Notes: a model not told the origin generated them from the sequence alone. A stretch of 64,000 nucleotides of DNA from a bacterium (GCA_965209155.1 OZ242383.1:3264001-3328000), one strand, 5' to 3'; positions 10,221 through 20,564 are shown, numbered from the stretch's first letter. Translations and numbers: made by a program.

Positions 10221-11117
10221 TTATTCCAAGCCAAGCCGGTCGAGGTATCGAGCATTCGTACTCCATTTTTTCAGGACACGGACTTGAAGGGAAAGATAGA
10301 CTTTATTCCCCAGTAAATATTCCATATTTTGACGGGCGCTTTTTCCAATCTGCTTGAGCATACCGCCCTTCCTGCCAATGACAATTCCTTTTTGGGATTC
10401 TCGTTCCACATAGATTTTACAATGGACGCGAATCAATTCTGAAGTTTCTTCAAAAGACTCCACATGCACGGCAGCAGAATAGGGTAACTCTTTTTGCAAA
10501 ACACGAAACAACGCTTCGCGAACCAGTTCTCCCATTAAAAATCGTTCAGAAATATCCGTGATTTGATCTGCTTCAAAATAAAACGCATTTTCTGGAATAT
10601 AGGCAGGCAACATAGCTACCAGGTGCTCCACATTGGTGAGTTTCAAGGCTGAAATTGGAACAATCTCAGCAAATGGTCCGTGTTGGTTGAATATCGAAAT
10701 CGTCCTGAGAATCACCTCCCGGGAGACGGTGTCGGTTTTATTGATGAGCAGCAAAGTTTGACTCAATTTATTGTCCAGCAACTGCAGTATCCTGGCGTCT
10801 TCTCGATGGATGGTATTCACTGCCAAAGGAACCGGTTCCACCAGCAATAAGTTGAGATCAGATTCCTCTAAAGTACGGACGGCATATTTTACGATTCGTT
10901 GGTTTAACAGTTTTTCGGAAAGATGAATACCGGGCGTGTCAATGAAAATAATCTGACAAGCGTCGATAGTTTTTATCCCCAGTATGCGGTTGCGGGTGGT
11001 TTGAGGACGATGGGTGGTTATTGAAATTTTTTGTCCGACGATTCGGTTGAGCAGCGTCGATTTTCCTACATTGGGTCGACCAATCAATCCTACATGGCCA
11101 CAACGTTCTTCAGGCAA
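10221..11117 (-). CDS. era: GTPase Era
   Basis: GRPNVGKST, QTTRN, DTPG, NKTD and KH-domain GIVIGRKG; likely TTG start at 11117 after GGAG (the longer ORF runs into the mobile element). Confidence 0.93.
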   Translation of the reverse strand: MPEERCGHVGLIGRPNVGKSTLLNRIVGQKISITTHRPQTTRNRILGIKTIDACQIIFIDTPGIHLSEKLLNQRIVKYAVRTLEESDLNLLLVEPVPLAVNTIHREDARILQLLDNKLSQTLLLINKTDTVSREVILRTISIFNQHGPFAEIVPISALKLTNVEHLVAMLPAYIPENAFYFEADQITDISERFLMGELVREALFRVLQKELPYSAAVHVESFEETSELIRVHCKIYVERESQKGIVIGRKGGMLKQIGKSARQNMEYLLGNKVYLSLQVRVLKKWSTNARYLDRLGLE

Positions 11118-11146
11118 TTTATGCTCCAGTAAATAACAGAAAGTCA

Positions 11147-11708
11147 TCACCACCGGCAGAGCCGGTGGCTTGAAGAGGCCCCCAGTATGAGGGCAAAACG
11201 TGTTCGTCATCGTATGACGTGCTCGTGCTCGTGAACGAAAAAGGCTGCCATGTTAGATCATGAAAAACTCGATGTATACCAATGTTCCATCGAATTTTTA
11301 GCGTTATCTGTCCAAGTCATCGAAACATTACCAAAAGGATACTCAGCCTTAGTTGACCAACTGAAAAGGGCCTCATGGTCGATTCCTCTCAATATCGCAG
11401 AAGGCTGTGGAAAAAATTCCTTTCCTGACAAGCAACGATTCTATGCATTTGACCGAGGTTCCGCAATGGAATGCGCTGCTATTCTCGATGTTTTAAACGT
11501 GTTGAAGATCATCCAGCCTCCTTTATTTGACAAAGGGAAACAGTTACTTCAACGCATTGTTTCAATGTTAACCAAAATGTGCCGTCGAATTCACTGACCT
11601 TTCACGAGCACAAGCACGGCTAACGGACACGGATACGTTTCTCATGTCTGACCGGCAAAGCCTATTAGGTTCGCACCAGCAGAGCTGGTGGTTTAATGAG
11701 ATTCATTA
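11147..11708. mobile_element. Four-helix-bundle mini-element, copy 2, with IS200/IS605-like terminal hairpins
   Basis: Reverse-complement match to 19636-20196 over its full length; hairpins caccggcagagccggtg and caccagcagagctggtg. Confidence 0.8.
11250..11597 (+). CDS. Four helix bundle protein (23S rRNA IVS protein-like family)
   Basis: HEKLDVYQ, DQLKRASWSIPLNIAEG, RGSAMEC motifs. Confidence 0.85.
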   Translation: MLDHEKLDVYQCSIEFLALSVQVIETLPKGYSALVDQLKRASWSIPLNIAEGCGKNSFPDKQRFYAFDRGSAMECAAILDVLNVLKIIQPPLFDKGKQLLQRIVSMLTKMCRRIH

Positions 11709-11722
11709 AATTGAGTCTAATG

Positions 11723-11946
11723 ACCTGAGTTCGAGATAAGAAATTAATAAATTCAATATGTTATGGAATCTTCATTCTTAGAGAAACCGTGTCATTCCTG
11801 GCTTGACCAGGAACCCAGAGGTATGCGGCCAAACTGAAATCCGAATCCCCACTCCCTGCTCCCTGCTTTCTTGGGGACAAGTTTAGCGAGGAAGACCCAG
11901 ACACCAGGATACTCCTACTTATTGAAGATTTATGTCGAACTCGGGT
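11723..11946. mobile_element. MITE-like element containing REP-like palindromes; a solo copy of its right end lies at ~5871-5911
   Basis: Ends acctgagttcgagataa / ttatgtcgaactcgggt; ttattgaagatttatgtcgaactcgggtta occurs at both loci. Confidence 0.55.
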
Positions 11947-12752
11947 TAATGCGCCTCCAACAATTGTTGCACCAGAGATTGGATATTGACGGCATGATTT
12001 GAAAAAATCCAATCAACTCCTCGATTCAGTTCCCGGAACAAACTTTGTCTCGATGCCACAAAACCGGTTCCTGTTTTTTGATGAGCCATTTTGTGTTTTT
12101 CAATCATTTCGTTGGAAATGAAAAAGTAATGTCCCGTGAGCCCTCCCCACTGTTCCCGGAGCGCCAATTCACTGAGTTCCCGGAAATTTAGTTCGGCAAC
12201 AGGCAGCAAGGCCGATTTTGGGACAAAATCAGCAAATTGAAACATGGCTGGTTTCAGTGAAATGATGTGAAAATCCTTTTCGGGCAACAATGAGGAGAAA
12301 AGATTTTTCAGGAGTTGACTTTGGTATTGGGGATCAAGGTAAGGTTCCTCTTTCAACTCCACCATCAAATGCATTTTTTGACCATATTTTTCGAGTGTGT
12401 CTTCCAAGGTGGGAATCAAAGGAACCTGCGCATTCAGTTCATTCAGTGAAACCTGACTGACAACAATGTTCTTTCGGAAAACTCTACGACAGTCAGGATC
12501 ATGAATAACAACGGGTTGCAAATCTTTTGTCCATCGTATATCCAACTCCAATCCCCATACTCCCTTGGAACAGACGGTATCGAAAGCAGGGAACGTATTT
12601 TCCCAAACGGTTCGATTGTCATGCTCTCCCCGATGTGAAACGATTTTACTTTTTTTTAAAATTTCTCTACTTGGAATAGCCTGGGGTAATGCTGCATAAA
12701 CGCAGTCCAGAGCTATTTGAAAAGAATTTGTCATCCACGATTGAATTACCAT
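11946..12752 (-). CDS. Glycerophosphodiester phosphodiesterase family protein
   Basis: SHRG, ENT, ELDIRWTKD..VVIHD and VELK motifs. Confidence 0.85.
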   Translation of the reverse strand: MVIQSWMTNSFQIALDCVYAALPQAIPSREILKKSKIVSHRGEHDNRTVWENTFPAFDTVCSKGVWGLELDIRWTKDLQPVVIHDPDCRRVFRKNIVVSQVSLNELNAQVPLIPTLEDTLEKYGQKMHLMVELKEEPYLDPQYQSQLLKNLFSSLLPEKDFHIISLKPAMFQFADFVPKSALLPVAELNFRELSELALREQWGGLTGHYFFISNEMIEKHKMAHQKTGTGFVASRQSLFRELNRGVDWIFSNHAVNIQSLVQQLLEAH

Positions 12753-12815
12753 GTTTTCAATCTACCATCTTTTCTTGCAAACCTCTTCTTTTTGTATTGA
12801 TGAGAAACCACAGCA

Positions 12816-14027
12816 TCAAGGTAGAGAAATTTTTCCCAAGGTCGTCATGGATTGACTGCCCGTGATTCCCGGAAAAGTCACCGCTCTTCCAGAGAGTAAC
12901 TCGTGGGCCAGTATTGCAAAACTGATTGCTTCCCGAGCATCGGGATTCATTCCCAATTCGGAAAACAGACGAATGCGTATGTGGGGCAGAAGAGTTTGGA
13001 TTTGCCGCATCAAAGTCTGGTTGTAAATTCCTCCCCCACTGAAGTATATTTCGCTCAGTTGATCGCGTGGCAGGAAATTTCGATAAGCATGCTGAATAGA
13101 ATACGCCGTCAGGGCAGTTAAAGTGGCTACCATGTCCTCTGCTGGCAATTTCAAGCGTTCCGCTTTTCCCAATACTTCTTCAAAATAGAGCGGACCAAAA
13201 AGCTCTCTGCCCGTGGATTTGGGGGGAACTGCAGCAAAATAAGGATGAGTTAACAACTCCTCCAGTAATTTTATTGAGATATTTCCTTTTGAGGCAATTC
13301 GGCCTTGCGGATCATAGTGCATTGCAGGATCGATGAGGTATTCTACTGCCAGATTGATCAACACATTGGCGGGGCCCGTGTCAAATGCTATGACATCTCG
13401 AGGATCAGAGGATTCTGGAAGGTAAGTCAGGTTACTTATGCCACCTAAATTGTGCAGAGCTCGGTTTTTTCCCTCCTCAGAGAACAAAAGAAAATCAACA
13501 TAGGGAAGCAATGGAGCTCCAGCTCCTCCCGTTGCCAGATCCTTCATACGAAAATCCGAGATTGTCAGAATTCCTGTTCGTGCGGCAATTTGGTCCCCAT
13601 CGCCTATTTGCAGGGTCGCCTGCATGGGTTGGCCTTGCCAATTGCGTCCTTTCGGCAAATGAAACAACGTATGACCATGGCTGGCGATACAATCGATACC
13701 AACCGGTTCTTCTCTCCACTGGCGCAATGTCTCCAACACGGTATCTGACAGAAATTGACCCAATTCTACATGGAGGGCGCAAATTTGATCAACACTGGAC
13801 AAAGAGGGTTGAGTCTGCTTTTCTATCTTCTTTTTTAAGACTTTCGGATAAGGAAGATTGAGGAAGCGTTCCAAGTGGGGACTGGGTTTTTGATTCACAT
13901 TGGAGATCGTAGTCAGCGCCAGGTCCACTCCATCCAAAGAAGTACCTGAAGTCAAACCCAATATTCGCCTCTGGGAATTACGTGAGATCAGGCTTAACCG
14001 ATCCATGCCATTGGAAGGGGATAGCAT
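12816..14027 (-). CDS. anmK: Anhydro-N-acetylmuramic acid kinase
   Basis: GLTSGTSLDGVD, SHGHT, DFRMKDLATGGAGAPL, NLGGISN, FDTGPAN, PPKSTGRE. Confidence 0.93.
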   Translation of the reverse strand: MLSPSNGMDRLSLISRNSQRRILGLTSGTSLDGVDLALTTISNVNQKPSPHLERFLNLPYPKVLKKKIEKQTQPSLSSVDQICALHVELGQFLSDTVLETLRQWREEPVGIDCIASHGHTLFHLPKGRNWQGQPMQATLQIGDGDQIAARTGILTISDFRMKDLATGGAGAPLLPYVDFLLFSEEGKNRALHNLGGISNLTYLPESSDPRDVIAFDTGPANVLINLAVEYLIDPAMHYDPQGRIASKGNISIKLLEELLTHPYFAAVPPKSTGRELFGPLYFEEVLGKAERLKLPAEDMVATLTALTAYSIQHAYRNFLPRDQLSEIYFSGGGIYNQTLMRQIQTLLPHIRIRLFSELGMNPDAREAISFAILAHELLSGRAVTFPGITGSQSMTTLGKISLP

Positions 14028-14035
14028 GTAAAAGC

Positions 14036-14809
14036 TTAAAAATCATCTTTAAGTTGCCTGACGACCCGTAATACTGAGACCGGCGCTAAGTCATTTTGAG
14101 GATCGTAGCGTTTCACGGAAGCTTGAATTTCAGGACTGTCACATCGCATGAATGGATTGGTCTGCCATTCCGACTTTAATGTAGACGGAGTCGTGAATTT
14201 TCCTTCTTGTCTCAATTCTCGGATCTCTTCTGATTTCTTCTGAATCCAGACATTGTCAGGTTCCAGGGATTGGGCAAATTTCAGGTTGCTTTCCGTGTAT
14301 TCATGACCAAAATAAACTTTTGTAGATGGAGGGTGGGCGCCAATTTTTTCATTGAGGGAGCTATACATGTCTTGGGGCGTTCCTTCAAACAATCGCCCGC
14401 AACCTGCGGCAAACATGGTGTCTCCCGAAAAAACCGCATCTTCGAAATAAAAGGAAATCGCTCCAGTGGTATGTCCGGGATTATGCGTGAGATGGGCTTC
14501 CAATTTTCCAATGCGTACTTTATCTGTTTCTTCCAGCATCTCATTCTGCCCCGGAATGCGTCCACGATCCGAATGGTGCCCATACACTTTCAATTCAGGG
14601 ATTTTCCGCAGCAATTCTTCATTGCCACCCACATGATCCCAGTGGTGATGTGTGTTTAAAATGGCTGTCAATTGCACCCCCTGACGTTCAATCTCCTGCC
14701 ACACGGGTTTGAATTCAGAAGGGTCTACAATTCCTGCCTGGTTGGTAGTTTCGCAAATAACCAGATAAGCATAATTATCTTGCAGACATGGAATAGGAAT
14801 CACCCGCAT
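14036..14809 (-). CDS. gloB: Hydroxyacylglutathione hydrolase (glyoxalase II)
   Basis: DNYAY, THHHWDHVGG, PGHT, GDTMFAAGCGRLFEG, GHEYT. Confidence 0.93.
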   Translation of the reverse strand: MRVIPIPCLQDNYAYLVICETTNQAGIVDPSEFKPVWQEIERQGVQLTAILNTHHHWDHVGGNEELLRKIPELKVYGHHSDRGRIPGQNEMLEETDKVRIGKLEAHLTHNPGHTTGAISFYFEDAVFSGDTMFAAGCGRLFEGTPQDMYSSLNEKIGAHPPSTKVYFGHEYTESNLKFAQSLEPDNVWIQKKSEEIRELRQEGKFTTPSTLKSEWQTNPFMRCDSPEIQASVKRYDPQNDLAPVSVLRVVRQLKDDF

Positions 14810-14920
14810 AAATACCTCATTTTACCAAAGGAAATAATGGAATCCGCTTTTAGATACGACATGATAACGTTTTTCAGAAATATTACAAGAATAAGGGAGT
14901 AAATTGTGGTTAGATGATTC

Positions 14921-15111
14921 AGGCTGAGTCGAGCAACTCAACTTCTGACATTTTCACCTCCTGCGTTCGCCGGCACCCGAAGAAGGTGAACGCGTCCGTG
15001 AGGACATAACAAAAATAATCGTACTCCTTCAATTCAATGAGGGTGGCCATCCTTGGAGTTCCTCTGCGGGAGGAGGTTTCATGGCCGAGACAGCTCCTGA
15101 CAGCCGACTCG
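14921..15111. ncRNA. Candidate rod-shaped structured RNA (6S-like size); unconfirmed
   Basis: Nested complementary blocks cctcctgcg/tgcgggagg, ggcaccc/gggtggcc and gagtcg/cgactc in a GC-richer patch of an AT-rich intergenic region. Confidence 0.3.
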
Positions 15112-15331
15112 CTATTTTGTCGCTAGGTGCCTGGTAAAATCAGTTAAACTTTTTTGGATTGGGGTGTTCATTTTTTTCTTGACTTTCCTGCTAATGAATG
15201 AATCATTCCTTTTCACCTTCAACGGGTGAATAAGTAGATATTTACATTGCAAATGATGGCAAAATTTGTTATATATTTACAAAAAGTGATATGAATAAAT
15301 GTAAAAATATGACAAAGAATGGTACGAAAAA

Positions 15332-16654
15332 ATGAAAAGACATCTCATTTCAGAATTGGAAAAATGGAAAAACAGGAGTGATCGAAAACCACTTATTTTA
15401 AAAGGAGCAAGGCAGGTAGGCAAGACATATCTTTTGGAATCTTTTGGCAAGGAATGTTTTCCCCGGTTTCACATCATTAATTTAGAAAAGGATGAAAAGC
15501 TTGCGCAGATATTCGAAACAGATTTGAACCCGAAAAGAATCATTCAGGCACTGAATTTCATTTTGGATGAGGAAATCAATGTCGAGAGCGATCTTTTAAT
15601 ATTTGACGAAATTCAACAATGTCCAAAGGCATTAACCAGCCTTAAATATTTTCAGGAGGATTTGTCTGAGTTGGCTCTTTGCGCAGCTGGATCGCTTCTT
15701 GGGCTTCAACTGAGCGAAGACTCTTTCCCGGTAGGTAAGGTAGAATTTCTGAATCTTTTTCCTATGTCGTTTAAAGAGTTTTTGGAGGGAGTCGGAGATG
15801 GTAAATCGGTTTCGTTTTATAACGAATACAAAGTCAATGATATCGTTCCTGATGTTGTCCATTCGCATCTTTGGGGGCAATTAAAGAACTACTTCATTGT
15901 CGGAGGACTTCCGGAAGTTGTCAGCACATTCGCTGACAGAAAAGATAATGTATTCGATGCGTTCAAGCGGGTCAGGAAAAAACAGGAAGATTTGATTACG
16001 ACCTATCATGCAGATATGGCGAAGCATTCTGGAAAACAAAATGCGATGCATTTGGAGCGTCTCTGGAAAAATGTACCGGCCCAATTAGCCAAGCTGCAGT
16101 CTGGTTCCGCGTCAAAATTCAGATTCAAACAAGTCATTCCAGGCATTAACCGGCATTCACGACTGGTAAATGTCATTGATTGGCTGAAAACGGCCGGGCT
16201 GATAATTCAAGTACCCATTGTCAACAGTGGCGAGTTGCCATTTTCCGCACATACCGTAGAAAACCTGTTCAAACTGTATCTTTTTGATGTTGGTATTCTT
16301 GGAGCACTCAGTCAGTTACCGCCGAAATCGATCCTGGATTATGACTATGGTTCTTACAAGGGATATTATGCCGAGAATTATATAGCACAGGAATTCGTCT
16401 GTTCAGGGGTAAAAAATATGTATAGCTGGAAAGAAAGAACTGCCGAGGTTGAGTTTTTGAGGGAAGTGGATGGGGCTGTATTACCGATAGAAATCAAATC
16501 CGGCTGGGTAACTCAAGCAAAAAGTCTTAAAGTGTACACCGACAAATACAAGCCTCTCTATCGCACCGTTATGAGCGCCAATAAGCCATTTTTTGACAAT
16601 CAAAACAATATACATCGATATCCCTTGTATTTTGCATCCAGATTTCCTTTTTAA
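15332..16654 (+). CDS. AAA ATPase (AAA_14 + DUF4143-type) protein
   Basis: GARQVGKT, FDEIQ, VGGLPEVV, KLYLFDVGIL, EVEF..PIEIKSG. Confidence 0.85.
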   Translation: MKRHLISELEKWKNRSDRKPLILKGARQVGKTYLLESFGKECFPRFHIINLEKDEKLAQIFETDLNPKRIIQALNFILDEEINVESDLLIFDEIQQCPKALTSLKYFQEDLSELALCAAGSLLGLQLSEDSFPVGKVEFLNLFPMSFKEFLEGVGDGKSVSFYNEYKVNDIVPDVVHSHLWGQLKNYFIVGGLPEVVSTFADRKDNVFDAFKRVRKKQEDLITTYHADMAKHSGKQNAMHLERLWKNVPAQLAKLQSGSASKFRFKQVIPGINRHSRLVNVIDWLKTAGLIIQVPIVNSGELPFSAHTVENLFKLYLFDVGILGALSQLPPKSILDYDYGSYKGYYAENYIAQEFVCSGVKNMYSWKERTAEVEFLREVDGAVLPIEIKSGWVTQAKSLKVYTDKYKPLYRTVMSANKPFFDNQNNIHRYPLYFASRFPF

Positions 16655-16845
16655 TTGTGTGAAGCATAATAATTCCTCTTTCTGGATGCTTAACAAGCAT
16701 ATCTGATTGGGTTAAAAAAAACTCTACTTATTTTTTACCGAAAAACATAGCAAAGAACCCTTCCACCTTGCGTTTCCCTCTTGCTTTTCCTATATTGAGG
16801 CTGTTCTTGTGCGTTCTTGGCTGAAAATCAAAACCGAGTCCAACG

Positions 16846-17091
16846 ATGAACCGGAAACCACTGCGGGAACTGCTGGAGGGGTCCGTTCAAGGGAAGGAAG
16901 ACGCTTTTGAGGAGTTGTACCAACACTACGGGGCATATATCGTCCACACTGCCCAATCGCTGATTAGCAAGTATCGGAGCCTCCACCAGGCCGATGAGGT
17001 GGTTCAGGAAATCTGGAAGGATTTGTGGGAGAGCAAGCTGGAGAAATTCCAAGGCGAGGCCGATAAAGCCTTCCTCGGTTGGCTGTACAGA
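16846..17091 (+). pseudogene. ECF-type sigma factor, copy A, 3'-truncated
   Basis: Near-identical to 21503 onward until ggctgtacaga, then fused to unrelated DNA. Confidence 0.85.
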
Positions 17092-17336
17092 CTATTGAAA
17101 TCGGCAGTCATAACATCACGATAAACTGTGTTGGGCCGGGTTGGATTAAGACATCATCCAGCAGTGAAAGTGAGATTACTGCTGGAAAATATACACCGGT
17201 TGGTCGCCCAGGCACACCAAATGAGGTTGGTCATGTAGCCGTCTTCCTTGCTGGCGAAGAGGCAAGTTATGTGAACGGTCAGCTGATCGTTGTTGATGGT
17301 GGAAATACGGTACAAGAATATAAAGTTGCATTGTAG
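17092..17336 (+). pseudogene. C-terminal fragment of an SDR family oxidoreductase
   Basis: ITINCVGPGWIKT...GRPGTPNEVG...ASYVNGQLIVVDGG; no N-terminal Rossmann motif. Confidence 0.75.
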
Positions 17337-17396
17337 TTAATGTTATAAAGGGGGCACGACCCCTTTCGGATGCTCTTGCATACAGTCGAGGTCTGG

Positions 17397-17612
17397 TTAG
17401 GCATGAGCCTTTTTATCCTCTTGATGCTTTGCAATAAGTTCTCGAACCATTGGCACTAATTCATGAGGAATTTCCATGATGGTTTGATCTTGATCTTCAA
17501 AGGCAGCTTCATCTTCTGCCACTGCTTCCTCTTCTGTTTGCTCGTTATAATGGGCAATGACTCCTTGGACACGCTTTTCGTCCCAACCTGATGGAAATTT
17601 GTTCGGTTTCAT
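17397..17612 (-). CDS. Small putative antitoxin; 3' remnant of a partner gene overlaps upstream (~17609-17700)
   Basis: 71 aa, FPSGWDEKRVQGVIAHY; upstream remnant reads FVITAYELRGKPLLAYRRRR. Confidence 0.55.
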   Translation of the reverse strand: MKPNKFPSGWDEKRVQGVIAHYNEQTEEEAVAEDEAAFEDQDQTIMEIPHELVPMVRELIAKHQEDKKAHA

Positions 17613-17725
17613 CGTTTTCCTCCTTTTCGTCTACGACGTCGTCGATAGGCGAGCAAGGGTTTCCCCCTCAACTCGTAAGCTGTGATGACAAAAACATTAT
17701 TGTGTATATGAGAATCCTATTAAGA

Positions 17726-17959
17726 TTAAATCGAAGCTGAAAGCTCTCGGGCATGTAATATTTCTTGAGCATGGATAGGTCTAATATTTTCTTTTGTTAG
17801 CGTTAAGACAGCTATTGTCGTTCCCCCTGCTGTGACAAATTCAACTTCAAAACCTTTTTGTTCATCATAGCAATGGACAACTGCTCCAACATCTCCTTTT
17901 GTCAAACCATGTTCTGGAATATCCATTGAGAGTACAACGATATCATGTTCAATAATCAT
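17726..17959 (-). CDS. DUF4926-type small protein
   Basis: EHDIVVL..DIPEHGL.KGDVGAVVH...FEVEF. Confidence 0.75.
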   Translation of the reverse strand: MIIEHDIVVLSMDIPEHGLTKGDVGAVVHCYDEQKGFEVEFVTAGGTTIAVLTLTKENIRPIHAQEILHARELSASI

Positions 17960-17971
17960 TTTATATCTCCA

Positions 17972-18304
17972 TTAATCCGGATAGGCTGTTACAAATCTAG
18001 GCCTACTATCAACCGGCTCTATAATCCAAATGCTTTTAACCTCTACTTCTCCCCTAAAAGGAGTGTTTATACTTCCTCTTTCAATGTACTTTTCTCCAAA
18101 AGGAGATGAAGACTTGTCTTGGTAATCTTGAGACCTAACTAAATATAAGAGTTCTTCTTCAAAAAGAGACGTGTTTGTTTCATTAAAGCCACACAATCTG
18201 AAAAACTTTGCTTTTGACTTTCCTACAGAATGACTTTCAGAAAGCAAATAATCTTCAATTTTTGAAATTGGGATAAATGCTGTTTCACAATTTGGAACAT
18301 TCAT
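17972..18304 (-). CDS. DUF6883-type protein (usual partner of DUF4926, TA-like)
   Basis: KIEDYLLSESHSVGKSKAKFF...SIWII...PRFVTAYP. Confidence 0.7.
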   Translation of the reverse strand: MNVPNCETAFIPISKIEDYLLSESHSVGKSKAKFFRLCGFNETNTSLFEEELLYLVRSQDYQDKSSSPFGEKYIERGSINTPFRGEVEVKSIWIIEPVDSRPRFVTAYPD

Positions 18305-18540
18305 TATTACTTCTCACTATTCTAAATATCATCGAATTGAGAAGTGTATAAAATGAATTATAACATTTTACAAGGATTTCGTCACTGAATATAAACTGGG
18401 GTGTTTCAGGAGAGACAGAACGCTGAGGTGAGCAGTGCCCACCATCAACGTTGCAATTGTGATTGATTTTGCTCGTACTCCACTCGAAGGCTTTTATTCA
18501 TCCATTGCCAAGGAGAAAGAATTGAAGGAACGTATGAATC

Positions 18541-19097
18541 GGGGTCAGTCCTGCGACTTTGGGAGTTTAAGTTCAAATTTCCCGTTTGATCTTTTCGACA
18601 CGGTTTTGAAGATCCGGAGACTTTCTCATTGACGATTCCCGCTCGAATCGGATTGAGGTGGATGTAACGGATAAAGACCAGCAAATAGCGCTCTTGGTCC
18701 ACTAACAGAGCTTTGTAACGCCCCTGGAATAAGTGTCCGAATCGTTTTTGCCATTTGTTGATCCAACGGGTATAACGAAATGTTACATTTTGCATAATCG
18801 GCGAAAGGGGCTGACTGCCGGTTTGAATGGCCAGATGAGCATGATTGTTCATTAAACAGAAGCCATGAATACGATGATCAAAACGGGCATGACCCTCTGC
18901 AAGCAACTTGAAAAAATGATGATAATCCGTATGCTCGAAAAATATGGCTTGTCCGCCATTACTACGGAGCAGGACATGATAAAGGGCGCCGGGGAAGTAA
19001 AGACGAGGTTTGCGGGACATTGACAAAATCGGCTGAAAGGAGAAACTTAAGATCAAAAATCATAACTCCTATTTCCCAAACTCACAAGCCTGACCCC
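18541..19097 (-). mobile_element. Internally deleted RAYT (REP-associated HUH/Y1 tyrosine transposase) element with terminal inverted repeats
   Basis: MSRKPRLYFPGALYHV...CLMNNHAHL...GHLFQGRYKA...YIHLNP (ATG ~19020); ends ggggtcagtcctgcgactttggga / tcccaaactcacaagcctgacccc. Confidence 0.78.
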
Positions 19098-19269
19098 GAT
19101 GCTATACGGGACCTCAAAAATCGATGAATTTTGTATTTGTAGACACCGCTACATTATCAGTTGATTTCAATCCAACCGCGCCCAATATTCCTTCAGGATT
19201 GGCTAAGTAAAAAAAGGAGGAAACAATACTCGGTCTTTTCGACAAATAAAAACCAAAAATATAACAACA

Positions 19270-19409
19270 AGTTAGCCATGTCTCAAGGAGAAGAGGATGA
19301 AGCACGATCCTTTTACAGGGGAATTTTGGGAATACCTGAAAAAACCAAACCACGGCATTTGGCTAAAAGAGGAGGAGTCTGGTTTGAAGACGGATTTTGG
19401 GCAAAATAA
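19270..19409 (+). pseudogene. Fragment of a VOC/glyoxalase family gene
   Basis: LAMSQGEEDEARSFYRGILGIPEKTKP..LAKRGGVWF. Confidence 0.55.
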
Positions 19410-19421
19410 AGGAGACAAATT

Positions 19422-19628
19422 ATGATCAGAAACTACACCCTTGAGTACTGGAACGATGATGGTTGGTTTGTAGGAAAAATCAAAGAAATTCCAGGGATAT
19501 TCAGTCAAGGAGCGACGTTGGAAGAGTTAGAGGACAATATCAAAGAGGCATACAAATTGATCTTAGCCGAGCCGCAAGCAACTCATCCAGGTATCAAAAC
19601 AAAGGAAATTTCAGTGGAAGTTACATGA
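19422..19628 (+). CDS. hicB: HicB family antitoxin
   Basis: YWNDDGWFVGKIKEIPGIFSQGATLEELEDNIKEA; SD AAGGAG. Confidence 0.8.
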   Translation: MIRNYTLEYWNDDGWFVGKIKEIPGIFSQGATLEELEDNIKEAYKLILAEPQATHPGIKTKEISVEVT

Positions 19629-20374
19629 AACGGGGTAATTAATCTCATTAAACCACCAGCTCTGCTGGTGCGAACCTAATAGGCTTTGCCGGTCAGACAT
19701 GAGAAACGTATCCGTGTCCGTGGGCCGTGCTCGTGCTCGTGAACGGTCAGTGAAATCGACGGCACATTTTGGTTAACATAGAAACAATGCGATGAAGTAA
19801 CTGTTTTCCTTCGTCAAATAAAGAAGGCTGATGATCTTCAACATGTTTAAAACATCGAGAATAGTAGCGCATTCCATTGCGGAACCTCGGGCAAACGCAT
19901 AGAATCGTTGCTTGTCAGGAAGGGAATTTTTTCCACAGCCTTCTGCGATATTGAGAGGAATCGACCATGAGGCCCTTTTCAGTTGGTCAACTAAGGCTGA
20001 GTATCCTTTTGGCAATGTTTCGATGACTTGGACAGATAACGCTAAAAATTCGATGGAACATTGGTATACATCGAGTTTTTCATGATCTAACATGGCAGCC
20101 TTTTTCGTTCACGAGCACGAGCACGTCTTACGATGACGAACACGTTTTGCCCTCATACTGGGGGCCTCTTCAAGTCACTGGCTCTGCCGGTGGTGATGAC
20201 TTCATCAGAGAATTAGTGAAAGCCGGCTGTTATTTAAAGCGTCATGGCAGTCGACATGATATTTATGCAAACCCGCAAAATGGAAGGCAAGCTCCTGTTC
20301 CTCGACACTCGGAAGTCAAAGAAAGTTTATGCCAACTGATACGAAAACAACTGGAAATTGAAGAAGGAAATTAG
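19625..20374 (+). pseudogene. hicA: HicA family toxin interrupted by the four-helix-bundle element
   Basis: Removing 19636-20196 restores ATG AAA CGG GGT GAC TTC... = MKRGDFIRELVKAGCYLKRHGSRHDIY...PVPRH. Confidence 0.8.
19636..20196. mobile_element. Four-helix-bundle mini-element, copy 3 (gene on minus strand from 20093, frameshifted near 19830)
   Basis: Reverse complement of 11147-11708; 1-nt loss (atcatcag vs atcatccag). Confidence 0.82.
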
Positions 20375-20395
20375 GATTGTACAGCCACAATATTT

Positions 20396-20449
20396 GTCCA
20401 ACCAGCGGTTCCTGCGGACGCACTCCCTGCGCTGAGCGTGTCGTTGGAA
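20396..20449 (+). other. attC-like integron recombination site (short)
   Basis: GTCCAAC...imperfect palindrome...GTTGGAA just after hicA. Confidence 0.6.
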
Positions 20450-20564
20450 ATGCAAAAATTCCCTAGCCTAAAAATTGCAGATATTGAGAGCCGGAATATT
20501 GCCGACTAACAGATCATCTTTACATTTTGAGCGTGCTAAACACAAATTGAAATAAGAGTCTTTC

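Noticed and set aside
11118..11210. N-terminal extension of Era in the ORF track
   Set aside because: Most of it is read from the inserted element; a TTG with SD at 11117 gives a normal-length Era
9755..20093. Diversity-generating retroelement, suggested by Avd-like four-helix-bundle genes near variable SBPs
   Set aside because: No reverse transcriptase ORF and no template/variable repeat pair were seen; differences between SBP paralogs involve all four bases
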